NCBI GenBank assembly: GCA_041690135.1
Contig: JAWLHY010000020.1
Span: 25,542-89,541 of the forward strand
Direction: 5' to 3'
Length of the DNA: 64,000 bases
Source: Armatimonadota bacterium
Lineage (GTDB): Bacteria; Armatimonadota; SYMT01
Each line of letters starts with the position of its first letter. Position 1 is the first letter of the stretch. Position numbers and translations under genes: made by a program. Shown here one piece after another: positions 9,489-18,895 of this stretch. The notes below the pieces were generated by a model. That model saw only the letters and a list, made by a program, of their open reading frames with translations. It made no database searches and had not been told where the DNA came from.

Positions 9489-10600
9489 AGAGCACACCCA
9501 GCAGCCAGATGCCCTGTCCCGAGTGGGACGACTTGAAGGTCTACTTCGACGGGGAAGCCCCCGCAACCCAGCATGGGAGGGTCGCCGAACACCTGGAATC
9601 CTGTGACCGGTGTACTGAGGAGGTCCGCGTCATGCGGGAGATCGCAAGTGGACTGCAGCAACTGGAGGGGATGATCGACCCACCGGCGGATCTTCGCCGG
9701 CGCATCCTCGCCCGCGTCAAGACCGGCAGCCGGCCTTCTTCCCGGCGCAACTGGCTGGATTTCCTCGGAGGGCCCTTCGGCGCCACCCGCTGGGCTCTCG
9801 CCGCCGTGACCGTCATCGTGATCGGAAGCACCTGGATCCAGATGGATCCACTCGCCCCCTCGGCGCCCGCGGGCATGGAAACCGGCACAATGCCGCCGGC
9901 GGGGGTCCGAGTGTCCAGCGATTCCGTCACAGCGGCGAAGCCCTCTCACCTGGAAGCCCCCGCCGGGAAAGCCTCGCTTCCCCCGGGTGCCGGAGCAGAA
10001 GGTGCGGTGGCGGGCGCGGTGCCGCCAACGGCCGGCGCGGTGCCGCCAACGGCCGGCACGGTATCCCCACCTGCCGCAGGCGCCCCCGCGCCGCAAGAAC
10101 TGGGTTCGACCGCCAGTGGCTATCTGTCGCGAGCCACCGACACCAGCACACCACCCCCCCGCACTCCGGCGGTTGACAAGTCAGATGCGGGTGAACGAAA
10201 GGTGGCCTACTCCGCCGACCTCACACTGGAGGTCAACAATCCGCTCGAGGCGGTCCGCGAGGAAATCGAAGAGCACCTGCGCAAGGGACAGGGGCGCGTC
10301 GAATTCACCTCGCGCACAACGACCAGCGGCGCGCCCGGTAAGATCCGTATGACACTGCGGGTGCCCGCCGAGCGACTGGACTACCACCTGCAATGTCTCT
10401 CCCGGCTCGGCACACCCCGTACCCGCGGGGTCCGGTCGGATGACCTGACCGAGCGCTGGAAAGAGCTCCGCGCCGCGCTGGCGAGAGCCCCGAAAACCGG
10501 CGAACAGCGGGCTGTCCTCGAGCGAAAAGCTGCAGAGTTGAACCGCCGGATCGAGTTGGCGACCATCGACCTGACGCTTCTCGAAAGGCCGGGCAAATAG
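9485..10600 (+). CDS. Zinc-finger anti-sigma factor (zf-HC2) with TM helix and C-terminal DUF4349-like domain
   Basis: HLESCDRC motif, one TM segment, a Pro/Ala linker, then RKVAYSADLTLEV/LRVPAERL/DLT. Overlaps the sigma stop (ATGA). Confidence 0.85.
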   Translation: MKSTPSSQMPCPEWDDLKVYFDGEAPATQHGRVAEHLESCDRCTEEVRVMREIASGLQQLEGMIDPPADLRRRILARVKTGSRPSSRRNWLDFLGGPFGATRWALAAVTVIVIGSTWIQMDPLAPSAPAGMETGTMPPAGVRVSSDSVTAAKPSHLEAPAGKASLPPGAGAEGAVAGAVPPTAGAVPPTAGTVSPPAAGAPAPQELGSTASGYLSRATDTSTPPPRTPAVDKSDAGERKVAYSADLTLEVNNPLEAVREEIEEHLRKGQGRVEFTSRTTTSGAPGKIRMTLRVPAERLDYHLQCLSRLGTPRTRGVRSDDLTERWKELRAALARAPKTGEQRAVLERKAAELNRRIELATIDLTLLERPGK

Positions 10601-10778
10601 CCAGAGCTGAGGATGATTCCGCACGCGGGGAGACCAGCGCCGGAACGTCTCACCTCTTGCCCACGGTTCAAGATCCAGAAGGGTTCCTGGAAGCGGAGCC
10701 TGAACCGTAGGTTAGCGCAGCTCGTAGGCGATCCGTAGGTGGACGCCCAGCGCGTCGTGCCAAATTGGAGACCTTGCG

Positions 10779-12230
10779 ATGAAGTACCCCGGTTGCACCG
10801 GGACGGACCCGGTCCCCCTCTCGCGCCGCGAGTTGTTGATGCGGAGTGGCGGGCTGGGAGGCGTGGCGCTCTCATGGCTGCTTGCGCAGGATCGACCAGC
10901 CGCGGCGGCTGCATCCGAGAGGACCGGGGCTCTGCTCTCGCCCCACTTTCCGGCCCGGGCCAAGTACGTTATCCAGATCTTCCTGTGTGGTGGCGTCAGC
11001 CATGTCGACACCTTCGACTACAAGCCGGAGTTGATCCGTTCGCACGGGAAGCCGCTTACCGGGAAGGGACCGGTCGATACCTTCTTCGCCCAGCCGGGCA
11101 ACCTGATGAAGAGCCCCTGGGAGTTCCGGCGCCGCGGAGAGAGCGGGCTCTGGGTTAGCGACCTCCTTCCCCACCTGGGGAAGTGCGCCGATCTCCTCAC
11201 CGTGGTCCGCTCCATGGTGAGCAAAAGCAACAACCACACCCCGGCGACCTTCATGATGAACAGTGGGTTCACCATGAACGGGTTCCCTTCGATGGGGTCG
11301 TGGGTTAGCTATGGACTCGGGACGGACAACCGGGACCTGCCGACCTTCGTGGTCCTTCCCGACCCCCGTCAACTTCCTGCCGGCGGCGCCATCAACTGGA
11401 CCGCGGGATTCCTCCCTGCCGCACACCAGGGAGTGACGTTCCGCAGTAAGGGCGACCCGATTCTCGACCTGTTCCCAGCGGGGAAGACGGTGGAGCACAC
11501 CGAACGGGCCAGCCGGGAGTTGCTGGCGCAGATCGATCGGGAGTTCACTCAACGCTCCGGGGACGATAGTGTCCTCTCGGCCCGATTGCGGAGCTACGAA
11601 CTCGCCGCCCGGATGCAGACCAGCGTTCCCGACGCGGTCAATCTGGAGCGCGAATCTCCGGCGACGCGCGAGCTGTATGGGCTGAACGGCACCGTTACTG
11701 CCGGCTTCGGGCGCAACTGCCTCCTGGCCCGGCGGCTGGTCGAACGGGGTGTACGGTTCGTCCAGCTCTTCCATGGGGGAGCCTTCGGCTCGCCGCGTAT
11801 CAACTGGGACGCCCACGAGGATTTACAGGCCAACCACTCCCAAGAGGCTGCAAGCATGGACCGTCCGGTGGCGGCGCTCCTGCAGGACCTGAAACAGCGT
11901 GGGATGCTCGACGAGGGGTTGGTGCTCTGGACCACGGAGTTCGGCCGTACGCCGTTCACGCAGGGCTTGAACAAGCCGGGGCGCGACCACCACCAGCACG
12001 CCTTCACCTGTTGGATGGCCGGAGCTGGATTGCGGCCTGGTATCGCCTTCGGGGAGAGCGATGAGGTCGGCTATGCCGTCGGCCGGGATCCGGTCACCAC
12101 TTACGACCTCCACGCCACCGTCTTGCACCTGCTCGGCCTCGACCACAAGCGGCTGACCTACTACCACAACGGCATTCAGCGCCGCCTCACGGACGTCCAC
12201 GGCCACCTGGTCGAGGGTCTCCTGGCATAA
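10779..12230 (+). CDS. DUF1501 domain protein (Tat signal)
   Basis: SRRELL twin-arginine, GGVSHVDTFDYKP, WDAH, EFGRTP and GRDHH. Confidence 0.92.
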   Translation: MKYPGCTGTDPVPLSRRELLMRSGGLGGVALSWLLAQDRPAAAAASERTGALLSPHFPARAKYVIQIFLCGGVSHVDTFDYKPELIRSHGKPLTGKGPVDTFFAQPGNLMKSPWEFRRRGESGLWVSDLLPHLGKCADLLTVVRSMVSKSNNHTPATFMMNSGFTMNGFPSMGSWVSYGLGTDNRDLPTFVVLPDPRQLPAGGAINWTAGFLPAAHQGVTFRSKGDPILDLFPAGKTVEHTERASRELLAQIDREFTQRSGDDSVLSARLRSYELAARMQTSVPDAVNLERESPATRELYGLNGTVTAGFGRNCLLARRLVERGVRFVQLFHGGAFGSPRINWDAHEDLQANHSQEAASMDRPVAALLQDLKQRGMLDEGLVLWTTEFGRTPFTQGLNKPGRDHHQHAFTCWMAGAGLRPGIAFGESDEVGYAVGRDPVTTYDLHATVLHLLGLDHKRLTYYHNGIQRRLTDVHGHLVEGLLA

Positions 12231-12241
12231 CGTCCTGAGCC

Positions 12242-12901
12242 TCAAACCCGGACGAGGGGGGCCAGGATGAAAACACAAAAATCCCAGAGGAAGTGGGCGA
12301 GTAGAGGGACCAGGATGCTTCCGGTCGCCCATCGCCAGGCGCTCCAGTAGAGGCCGCAGACCAAGGCCAGCAGTGCCAGGAGTGGATGGGCGGCGCCCAG
12401 GTGGCATGTGGCGTAAACCAGGGATCCGACCGCCAATGCCAACGGTCCGGAGATGCGCTCGCACAGCGCTTGCTGCACGACTCCCCGCCATACCAACTCC
12501 TCACTGACAATCACCAGCGGAATAATGAGAAGTGGTCCCAAGGCCGTCGTGGCACCCAGCATCACGTAAAGTTCGTGGGTACCCTTGGCCAGGTCCGGCC
12601 AGAAACGTGAAAAGACAGGATAGAGAGTGTAGGTGAAGGCGATCTGAACCAGGGCACCCAGCAAACCGAGTGCGATACGTCCCGCAGTGGGGGCAAGGAG
12701 CTTCCGCAGCAGAGGCCGTTCATACACCAGGACCGCTAAACCGAGCAAGGCGGCCGCTCCACCGATCCCGACCCACACGCCAAACCACCGGGAAGCCAAA
12801 GCGCCCAATGCCCATACGACAGCGGCAATCACTGCCAGTTGGACGCGCAGTGGGCTCCGGTCCTGCACACCCATGGTTGAAGGGGTCACCTCGGCCGCCA
12901 T
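12242..12901 (-). CDS. CPBP (CAAX/Abi) family intramembrane metalloprotease
   Basis: EELVWRG, YATCH and AHFLWD motifs; multiple TM helices. Confidence 0.88.
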   Translation of the reverse strand: MAAEVTPSTMGVQDRSPLRVQLAVIAAVVWALGALASRWFGVWVGIGGAAALLGLAVLVYERPLLRKLLAPTAGRIALGLLGALVQIAFTYTLYPVFSRFWPDLAKGTHELYVMLGATTALGPLLIIPLVIVSEELVWRGVVQQALCERISGPLALAVGSLVYATCHLGAAHPLLALLALVCGLYWSAWRWATGSILVPLLAHFLWDFCVFILAPLVRV

Positions 12902-12934
12902 GCACGTCTGGCGCGAGTTCTGGGGTCCATCATC

Positions 12935-13162
12935 TCAGCTCACTAACTTCTCGAAGCAATCCGCATCCCAGTTGTACGCGCCGCCGCTGGGAAACTCAAC
13001 AGAAATCTGCGCGGGGTGATCTTCCTCGGCCTCGAAGTAGTCGACCACTTCACCAACTTCGTCTCCATAGAGAGCGCGGTGGAGACCCCAGGCTTCCGGC
13101 ATCCCGCGGACCCGGTCCCGCCCCACCTCGCTGAACCGCACGCGATCGCCTTCGCGGAACAT
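12935..13162 (-). CDS. Small hypothetical protein (SH3/KOW-like pattern)
   Basis: MFREGDRVRF...GEVVD...VEF; sits tightly between two minus-strand genes. Confidence 0.6.
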   Translation of the reverse strand: MFREGDRVRFSEVGRDRVRGMPEAWGLHRALYGDEVGEVVDYFEAEEDHPAQISVEFPSGGAYNWDADCFEKLVS

Positions 13163-13180
13163 CACTCCCCCCACCCCACT

Positions 13181-14272
13181 TCAGGCCGTGCGGATCAGTT
13201 GCGCCACCCGATCGCCGATCTGCTCGGTGGTCCACGCACCGCCCAAATCCGGACCAAGAAGCTCTCCCGCCGACAGTCCCCGCTCCACCGCGGAGTGGAT
13301 TCGGCGTCCTGCCTCGGTCACTGCAGGATCGGTCCGGCGGTCGCCCAGCCAGTCCAGGAGCATTGCGGCACTGAGGACCGTCGCCAGCGGGTTGGCGATG
13401 TCGCGGCCGGCGATATCGGGCGCGGTGCCGTGCGTTGGCTGAAAGACGGCAAAACGGTCGCCTATGTCCGCGGACGGCGCCAACCCCAGCCCGCCGATCA
13501 GGCCTGGACCCAGATCGGAGAGGATGTCACCGAACATGTTCTCGGTCACCATCACGTCGAAGCACTCGGGCTGTCGGACCATCCGCATGGCCGTCGCGTC
13601 CACGTATGCGTGTTCGGCATCTACGTCGGGGTAGCGGGCCGCAACTTCATCGAACACTTTCCGGAAGAACGCAGAGGAGCGGAAGATGTTGGCTTTGTCG
13701 ACGCAGGTCACTTTGCCCCGGCGCCCGCGCTCCCGCGCCCGGAGCCGCGCCCACTCAAAGGCGGCTCGGCAGACTCGTTCGGTGCCGTGGCGGGTGATCA
13801 CTTGCTGATCCACGGCCACATCATCCCGGAGGACCACGCCGCCGCCAAGAGACGCGAACAGGCCTTCGGTGCTCTCCCGCACGACCACGAAATCGACATC
13901 CTCGGGCTGCTTCTGCGCGAGTACGGGGGGAACCCCGGGATACCAGCGGATCGGGCGAATTCCGGCATAGAGGTCCAGCCGGAAGCGCAGCTCCACCTGG
14001 GGCACCATCTCGGTCCCGTCGGGCCATCGCACTTCCGGCAGCCCCATTGCGCCCAGCAAGATCGCCTCCGCCGCCCGGGCACGTTCGACCGTCTCGTCCG
14101 GCAGCGGCTTGCCTCGCTCCAGGTACTCCCCCGCGCCCGCGGGCAGCGTTTCGAACTCCAGGCGGAAACCGCCGACCGCCTCCGCGGCTGCCGCCAGCGC
14201 CTTCGTGCCTTCCCGGATGACTTCCGGTCCAATCCCGTCCCCGGGCATGACGGCTATTTGGTAGGTCTGCAT
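13181..14272 (-). CDS. Isocitrate/isopropylmalate (beta-decarboxylating) dehydrogenase family protein
   Basis: PGDGIGPEV, RESTEG, VDKAN, ENMFGDILSD and HGTAPDIAG motifs. Confidence 0.92.
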   Translation of the reverse strand: MQTYQIAVMPGDGIGPEVIREGTKALAAAAEAVGGFRLEFETLPAGAGEYLERGKPLPDETVERARAAEAILLGAMGLPEVRWPDGTEMVPQVELRFRLDLYAGIRPIRWYPGVPPVLAQKQPEDVDFVVVRESTEGLFASLGGGVVLRDDVAVDQQVITRHGTERVCRAAFEWARLRARERGRRGKVTCVDKANIFRSSAFFRKVFDEVAARYPDVDAEHAYVDATAMRMVRQPECFDVMVTENMFGDILSDLGPGLIGGLGLAPSADIGDRFAVFQPTHGTAPDIAGRDIANPLATVLSAAMLLDWLGDRRTDPAVTEAGRRIHSAVERGLSAGELLGPDLGGAWTTEQIGDRVAQLIRTA

Positions 14273-14347
14273 CGATTACTTGAGGTCACGCAATAGATAC
14301 CCGCGGGAGCGCGGAGGGGACAGGCGCGGCATCCGAACCTGCGTCCG

Positions 14348-14740
14348 TCATAAGCCCGGGTGTTCAGTCCAGGATTCCACCTCCGTGACGGACCGCAGCC
14401 ACTGTTCGAGGCGCTCGAGGTCGGTCTCCGCCTGCAGACGGCGAAGCACCTCCGGAGTAGGTTCTCCCAAGCGGAGTCTGCCGATGATCAGCAGCGAGCG
14501 AAGCACGCCATTGACAATGCCTTCCTCGCGCCCGACCTCGATCCCCTGCTCGCGTCCGACCTCGATCCTTTCTTCGAGTATGGCCCGGTAGGTATCAGAT
14601 TCTCGCATGGCAGTTTTCCCCCGGAATAATTGTGCCACGATTTGGCGGGAGTAACGCAGACCCAGTAGGACGAAGGTATCAGTCCAGAGATCCTTCCGAT
14701 CTTCGGGCGGATGAATGTCTTCGCTCGACGGGTGGCGAAC
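14348..14740 (-). pseudogene. C-terminal part of an Rpn/YhgA-like (DUF4351-type) protein; possible stand-alone small ORF 14608..14348
   Basis: The frame reads DLWTDTFVLLGLRYSRQIVAQLFRGKTAMRESDTYRAILEE...GREEG...RLGEP...DLERLEQW. The N-terminal nuclease domain is absent and there is an in-frame stop upstream. Confidence 0.7.
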
Positions 14741-14762
14741 GCGCTACAGGAGGGTTGCATGC

Positions 14763-15797
14763 ATGAAAGAAGGCAAGCGTTGGGTCGTGACGGGTGAGCG
14801 CCGTACCCAGTTGGAGAGCTTCGAAGTACCTCGCCCAGTATCGCGCCAGATGATCCTGCGGACGGAGGCCAGCCTGGTCAGCGCGGGCACCGAGCTCGCC
14901 ATCTTCACCGGCATACACCAGGGGCTGACCAACCCCAACGTAAACTGGCCGAAGTACCCCCAGGCCATGGGTTACATGGCTGTTGCTCGCGTGGATGAAG
15001 TCGGAGAGGCGGTCGAAGGCTACCGCGTCGGTGATCGGCTGCTGACCTCCACTGGGCACGCCAGCCACGTGTTGGTGGACCTGGCGGAGGGCGGTCACCG
15101 GCGCACGTGGCACGTGCCAGAAGGTGTTCCCGCCCACCGGCTGGTGCTGGCGCGGATGGGAAAGACCGCCATCACCGCCGTCTGCCAGGCGGGGGTAACC
15201 GTCGCCCAAAGCGTGGCAGTCGTGGGACTGGGGATCGTCGGGCAGGTGGCACTGCGGCTCTTTCTCGCCTGTGGTGCGTGGCCGGTGGTAGGCGTGGATC
15301 CGGTCGCGATGCGCCGGGCGACCGCACTTCGGGGCGGGGCGGTGGGGGGCGTCGACCCGCGCGAGGGTGAATCCGCGGAGAGCCTCCGCGCAATCCTGCC
15401 AGATGGGGCGGATATCGTCGTCGACGCGACCGGCCGGGCCGACGCGCTACCGGGCGCGATGGCCCTCGCTCGGGAGGCGGGGACCGTAGTGGTCCTCGGC
15501 AGCCCCCGTGGAACAGCGCCGGATGTGGACTTCTACACGGATCTCCACCGCCGCAGCCTGCGCGTGGTGGGCGCACACGACAGCGGCATCGGGGTGGAGG
15601 CGCGGCCGTCGTTCCCGTTCAGCAACGATCGGGTGGTGCCGGCCCTGGTGGAGTGGGTGCGCTCGGAACGGTTGCCGGTCGAGGACTTGATCTCCCATCA
15701 CGTGGGGGCCGGAGCGCTTCCGGAGATGTACCAGGGACTGCTGGAACGCCCCGAGGAGTTTCTGGGCGTCGTCCTGGGCTGGGAACAAGGGCCGTAA
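14763..15797 (+). CDS. Zinc-binding (MDR) alcohol dehydrogenase family protein
   Basis: SLVSAGTEL, GY, GHAS, VVGLGIVG Rossmann motif, DIVVDATG. Confidence 0.88.
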   Translation: MKEGKRWVVTGERRTQLESFEVPRPVSRQMILRTEASLVSAGTELAIFTGIHQGLTNPNVNWPKYPQAMGYMAVARVDEVGEAVEGYRVGDRLLTSTGHASHVLVDLAEGGHRRTWHVPEGVPAHRLVLARMGKTAITAVCQAGVTVAQSVAVVGLGIVGQVALRLFLACGAWPVVGVDPVAMRRATALRGGAVGGVDPREGESAESLRAILPDGADIVVDATGRADALPGAMALAREAGTVVVLGSPRGTAPDVDFYTDLHRRSLRVVGAHDSGIGVEARPSFPFSNDRVVPALVEWVRSERLPVEDLISHHVGAGALPEMYQGLLERPEEFLGVVLGWEQGP

Positions 15798-15898
15798 AAG
15801 TCGACTGTTTCACATCCGGTGCACCACCGGTAAAACGCGATAGCCGGCCTCCGTCTTTGCCGGCTATCACGGATGAGAACCGGAATTGAGGTGCGGAG

Positions 15899-16429
15899 AT
15901 GAAGAGTAAAGCGGCAGTCGGCAATCACCCCCTGCATCCGGCGTTCGTCGTGCTCCCCATCGGGGCCTGGTTCAGCTCGTTGGTTGGGGACATCGCTTAT
16001 CAGACGACAGCGAATTCGTTCTGGTACGAGTTCGCCTACTACACCATGTGGATCGGCGTCATCAGCGCCCTGGTAGCAGCGGTGTTTGGATTCATCGACT
16101 ACTTCGGCGTGCAGATGAGCGAAGCAGGTCGCCGGGTAGCCACCACGCATATGCTCCTCAACCTGTCGGTCGTGGTCGCTTACCTGATTAATCTGTGGCT
16201 GCGGGCGGACCAGGCGGCGCTTGTTGGAGGGAGGTGGACCCTGGCGTTCGTTCTCCAGATACTCAGCTTTGGGACCCTGGGTATTTCGGGCTGGCTGGGT
16301 GGCAAGATGAGCTACGAGCACAAGATCGGCGTCGCGGAGCACGCCGACCCCGAGGCCACGCGGATCGGCATGGATGAGGCGGCGGAACCGGGGCGAGTTC
16401 CCGCTCGCCAGCGCGGTCTCCAGGGCTAA
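15899..16429 (+). CDS. DUF2231 family membrane protein
   Basis: HPLHPAFVVLPIG, GFIDY, H-MLLN and GWLGGKM motifs; GAGG RBS. Confidence 0.9.
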   Translation: MKSKAAVGNHPLHPAFVVLPIGAWFSSLVGDIAYQTTANSFWYEFAYYTMWIGVISALVAAVFGFIDYFGVQMSEAGRRVATTHMLLNLSVVVAYLINLWLRADQAALVGGRWTLAFVLQILSFGTLGISGWLGGKMSYEHKIGVAEHADPEATRIGMDEAAEPGRVPARQRGLQG

Positions 16430-16463
16430 TCCGTTCGCATCCGCCGAAAATGGGAAGCGCGTC

Positions 16464-17207
16464 TCACTGGGGTGCCTCGGGGACGTGGGCTTCGGCAGCG
16501 GCGGCCACCAGCGTGGCCGCCGAAATGGCAGCGGTTTCCGCCCGGAGAATGCGGGCACCCAACCGGACGGGGTGAGTTCCGGCGGCACGGGCCGCTTCGA
16601 CTTCAGCCGGGGTAAATCCCCCTTCCGGACCGATCAGGATCTGCACGGCTGCCGGGCAGGGTCGAAGGGCGACTGTCAGCGAGTGGGATGCATAGGGGTC
16701 CAGGAAGAAGCGACATTCCGTATCGGTGGACCGAAGCAATGCCTCGAGCCGAACCGGCTCCACTACCTGCGGCACGCGAACCCTGCCGGACTGCTCCGCG
16801 GCTTCCTGCGCAATCCGCTGGTAACGCTGAATGCGGCGGCTCCACCGTTCCTCGCCGGCACTGACGACGGTGCGTTCGGTCTGGAGGAACAAGATGCGGG
16901 AGGCCCCGATCTCGGTGAGCTTCTGGACTACCCAGTCCAGTTTTTCGCCCTTGAGCGCCGCCACGCCGACATCGAGGCGGCAGGGTAGCTCCACGCATGG
17001 AGTCGATTCCGCCAGCACGCGGACCGTAGAACGGGCCGGCGATACGCTTTCCAGCACTCCCTCGCACTCCCGGCCGTCGCCGCAGAAGAGGACCAGCCGG
17101 GCACCGGGGCGAAGGCGCAGCACGCGCGCAATTTGCGCGGACGCTTCGGGCGAGAGTATCACTTCCGCGCCGACGACCGGCGGCTCAACGTGGTAGAAGC
17201 GATGCAT
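16464..17207 (-). CDS. rsmE: 16S rRNA m3U1498 methyltransferase
   Basis: MHRFY, RVLRL, QKLTEIG, EAAEQS, IGPEGGF and LGARILRAETA. Confidence 0.95.
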   Translation of the reverse strand: MHRFYHVEPPVVGAEVILSPEASAQIARVLRLRPGARLVLFCGDGRECEGVLESVSPARSTVRVLAESTPCVELPCRLDVGVAALKGEKLDWVVQKLTEIGASRILFLQTERTVVSAGEERWSRRIQRYQRIAQEAAEQSGRVRVPQVVEPVRLEALLRSTDTECRFFLDPYASHSLTVALRPCPAAVQILIGPEGGFTPAEVEAARAAGTHPVRLGARILRAETAAISAATLVAAAAEAHVPEAPQ

Positions 17208-17211
17208 GCCG

Positions 17212-18873
17212 TCAGACGTGGCGCTGTGCCCGGAGCCGCTTGAGCACATCGTTTCCGCCGCGCCCAAAGTAGTCGTGCAGGCGCTTCCACTCTTCGTAGA
17301 GGCTGCAGTAAACGGTGTGCGCCTGGGGATCCGGGGTGTAGACCCGATCGCGCACGCCGCCCATCCGCGCAACCGCCAGTTCCAGGTCGTCGTACCCGCC
17401 CTGGGATTCGCCCGCGGCCACGGTGCCGAGAATGGCCGCTCCCAGGGCGCAGGTCTGGCCGCTCCGCGCGATACGGATCGGCCGCCCCGTGACGTCCGCG
17501 TAGATCTGCATCAACAATTCGTTGCGATCCGCCAGACCGCCCGCGGCAATGATCTCGTCAATCGCCACACCGTTCTGGCTGCAGTTCTCCAGGATGATGC
17601 GGGTACCGAACGCCGTGCCCTCGATCAGGGCGCGGTAGATATCCTCCGGGCGCGTGTCCAGAGAAAGTCCGATCAACACTCCGGAGAGGTCCGCATCCAT
17701 GAGAACGCTCCGGTTACCGTTCCACCAGTCGAGAGCAAGAAGACCATTCTCGCCGGGGCGGAGCCCCGCAGCCTTTTCCACCAGCACCTGGTGGACGCTG
17801 ATCCCCCGCTTTTCCGCCTCCTGCTGGTAGGCGGAAGGTACTCCGTGGCGCGTGTACCAGGCAAGGATGTCGCCCGTGGCCGGCTGCCCCGCCTCGTAGC
17901 CGAAATAGCCCGGCAGGATCCCGTCCTGTACCACGCCGGCAATCCCTTCGAAGGCATTCCCTTCCCGTCCCAGAACCAGGTGACAGCCGGAGGTCCCCAG
18001 GATCACGAGCATTTTGCCGGGAGCAGCTACACCAGCGGCCGGCACTGCCGCATGGGCGTCGATGATGGAGACCGCTACGGGAATACCCGCTCGCAAGCCC
18101 AGCCGGAGAGCGGCCTCTCCCGTCAGAACTCCCGCCCGCGCTCCGACCGGCAGAACCTCTCCCGGAAGCTTGTCATCCACCAGAGTTTCCAGACGGGAAT
18201 CCAGAGCGGACAGGAAGGCGGAGGAAGGATATCCGTCTGCCCGGCTCCAGAGGCCTTTGTAGCCCGCCTGGCAGGCGCTACGCACCCGATCGCCGGTCAA
18301 TTGCCAAACCAGCCAGTCCCCCGCCTCGATAAAGCATTCGGTTTGGGCGTAGATCTCCGGAGCCTCATCCAGGACCTGCCAGGCCTTGGCGAACAGCCAC
18401 TCGGAGCTGGTCTTGCCACCGTAGCGGGTGAGAAACGACTCGTTTCTCGCGGCGGCGAGAGCATTGATCCGCTCGGCCTCGGGCTGGGCGCCGTGGTGCT
18501 TCCAGAGCTTGGTCCAGGCATGCGGCTGCCGGCGCATGTCCGGGTCGCGGCTCAGGGGTATCCCGTCGGCCGTGGTGGGCACCAAGGTACACGCGGTGAA
18601 GTCCACCCCGATGCCGATCACGTCCGCAGGCGATGCACCGGCCAGGCGGAGCACTTCGGGAACCACTACTTCCAGACAGGCCCAGTAATCGTCGGGGTCC
18701 TGGAGCGCCCAATCCGGCTCCAGTCGCCGGCCCGTACCGGGGAGCGCCTCGTCGATCACCCCGTGCGGGTAAGCGTGGACTGCGGTGGCCACTTCCCGCC
18801 CGTCCGCCACGTCCACCAGCAGGGCACGTCCCGACTCCGTGCCGAAATCGAGGCCTAATGCGTATCGAGGCAT
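17212..18873 (-). CDS. araB: L-ribulokinase
   Basis: GLDFGTESGRA, WALQDPDDY, KLWKHHGAQ, SSEW and LDWWNGNRS. Confidence 0.93.
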   Translation of the reverse strand: MPRYALGLDFGTESGRALLVDVADGREVATAVHAYPHGVIDEALPGTGRRLEPDWALQDPDDYWACLEVVVPEVLRLAGASPADVIGIGVDFTACTLVPTTADGIPLSRDPDMRRQPHAWTKLWKHHGAQPEAERINALAAARNESFLTRYGGKTSSEWLFAKAWQVLDEAPEIYAQTECFIEAGDWLVWQLTGDRVRSACQAGYKGLWSRADGYPSSAFLSALDSRLETLVDDKLPGEVLPVGARAGVLTGEAALRLGLRAGIPVAVSIIDAHAAVPAAGVAAPGKMLVILGTSGCHLVLGREGNAFEGIAGVVQDGILPGYFGYEAGQPATGDILAWYTRHGVPSAYQQEAEKRGISVHQVLVEKAAGLRPGENGLLALDWWNGNRSVLMDADLSGVLIGLSLDTRPEDIYRALIEGTAFGTRIILENCSQNGVAIDEIIAAGGLADRNELLMQIYADVTGRPIRIARSGQTCALGAAILGTVAAGESQGGYDDLELAVARMGGVRDRVYTPDPQAHTVYCSLYEEWKRLHDYFGRGGNDVLKRLRAQRHV

Positions 18874-18895
18874 ACCTGCACCACCCTCGGTCCGT

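Noticed and set aside
17206-18858. 550-aa plus-strand ORF (and similar antisense ORFs over the dehydrogenase, hemA, glyA and GlcG-like genes)
   Set aside because: Each fully overlaps a well-supported gene on the opposite strand.
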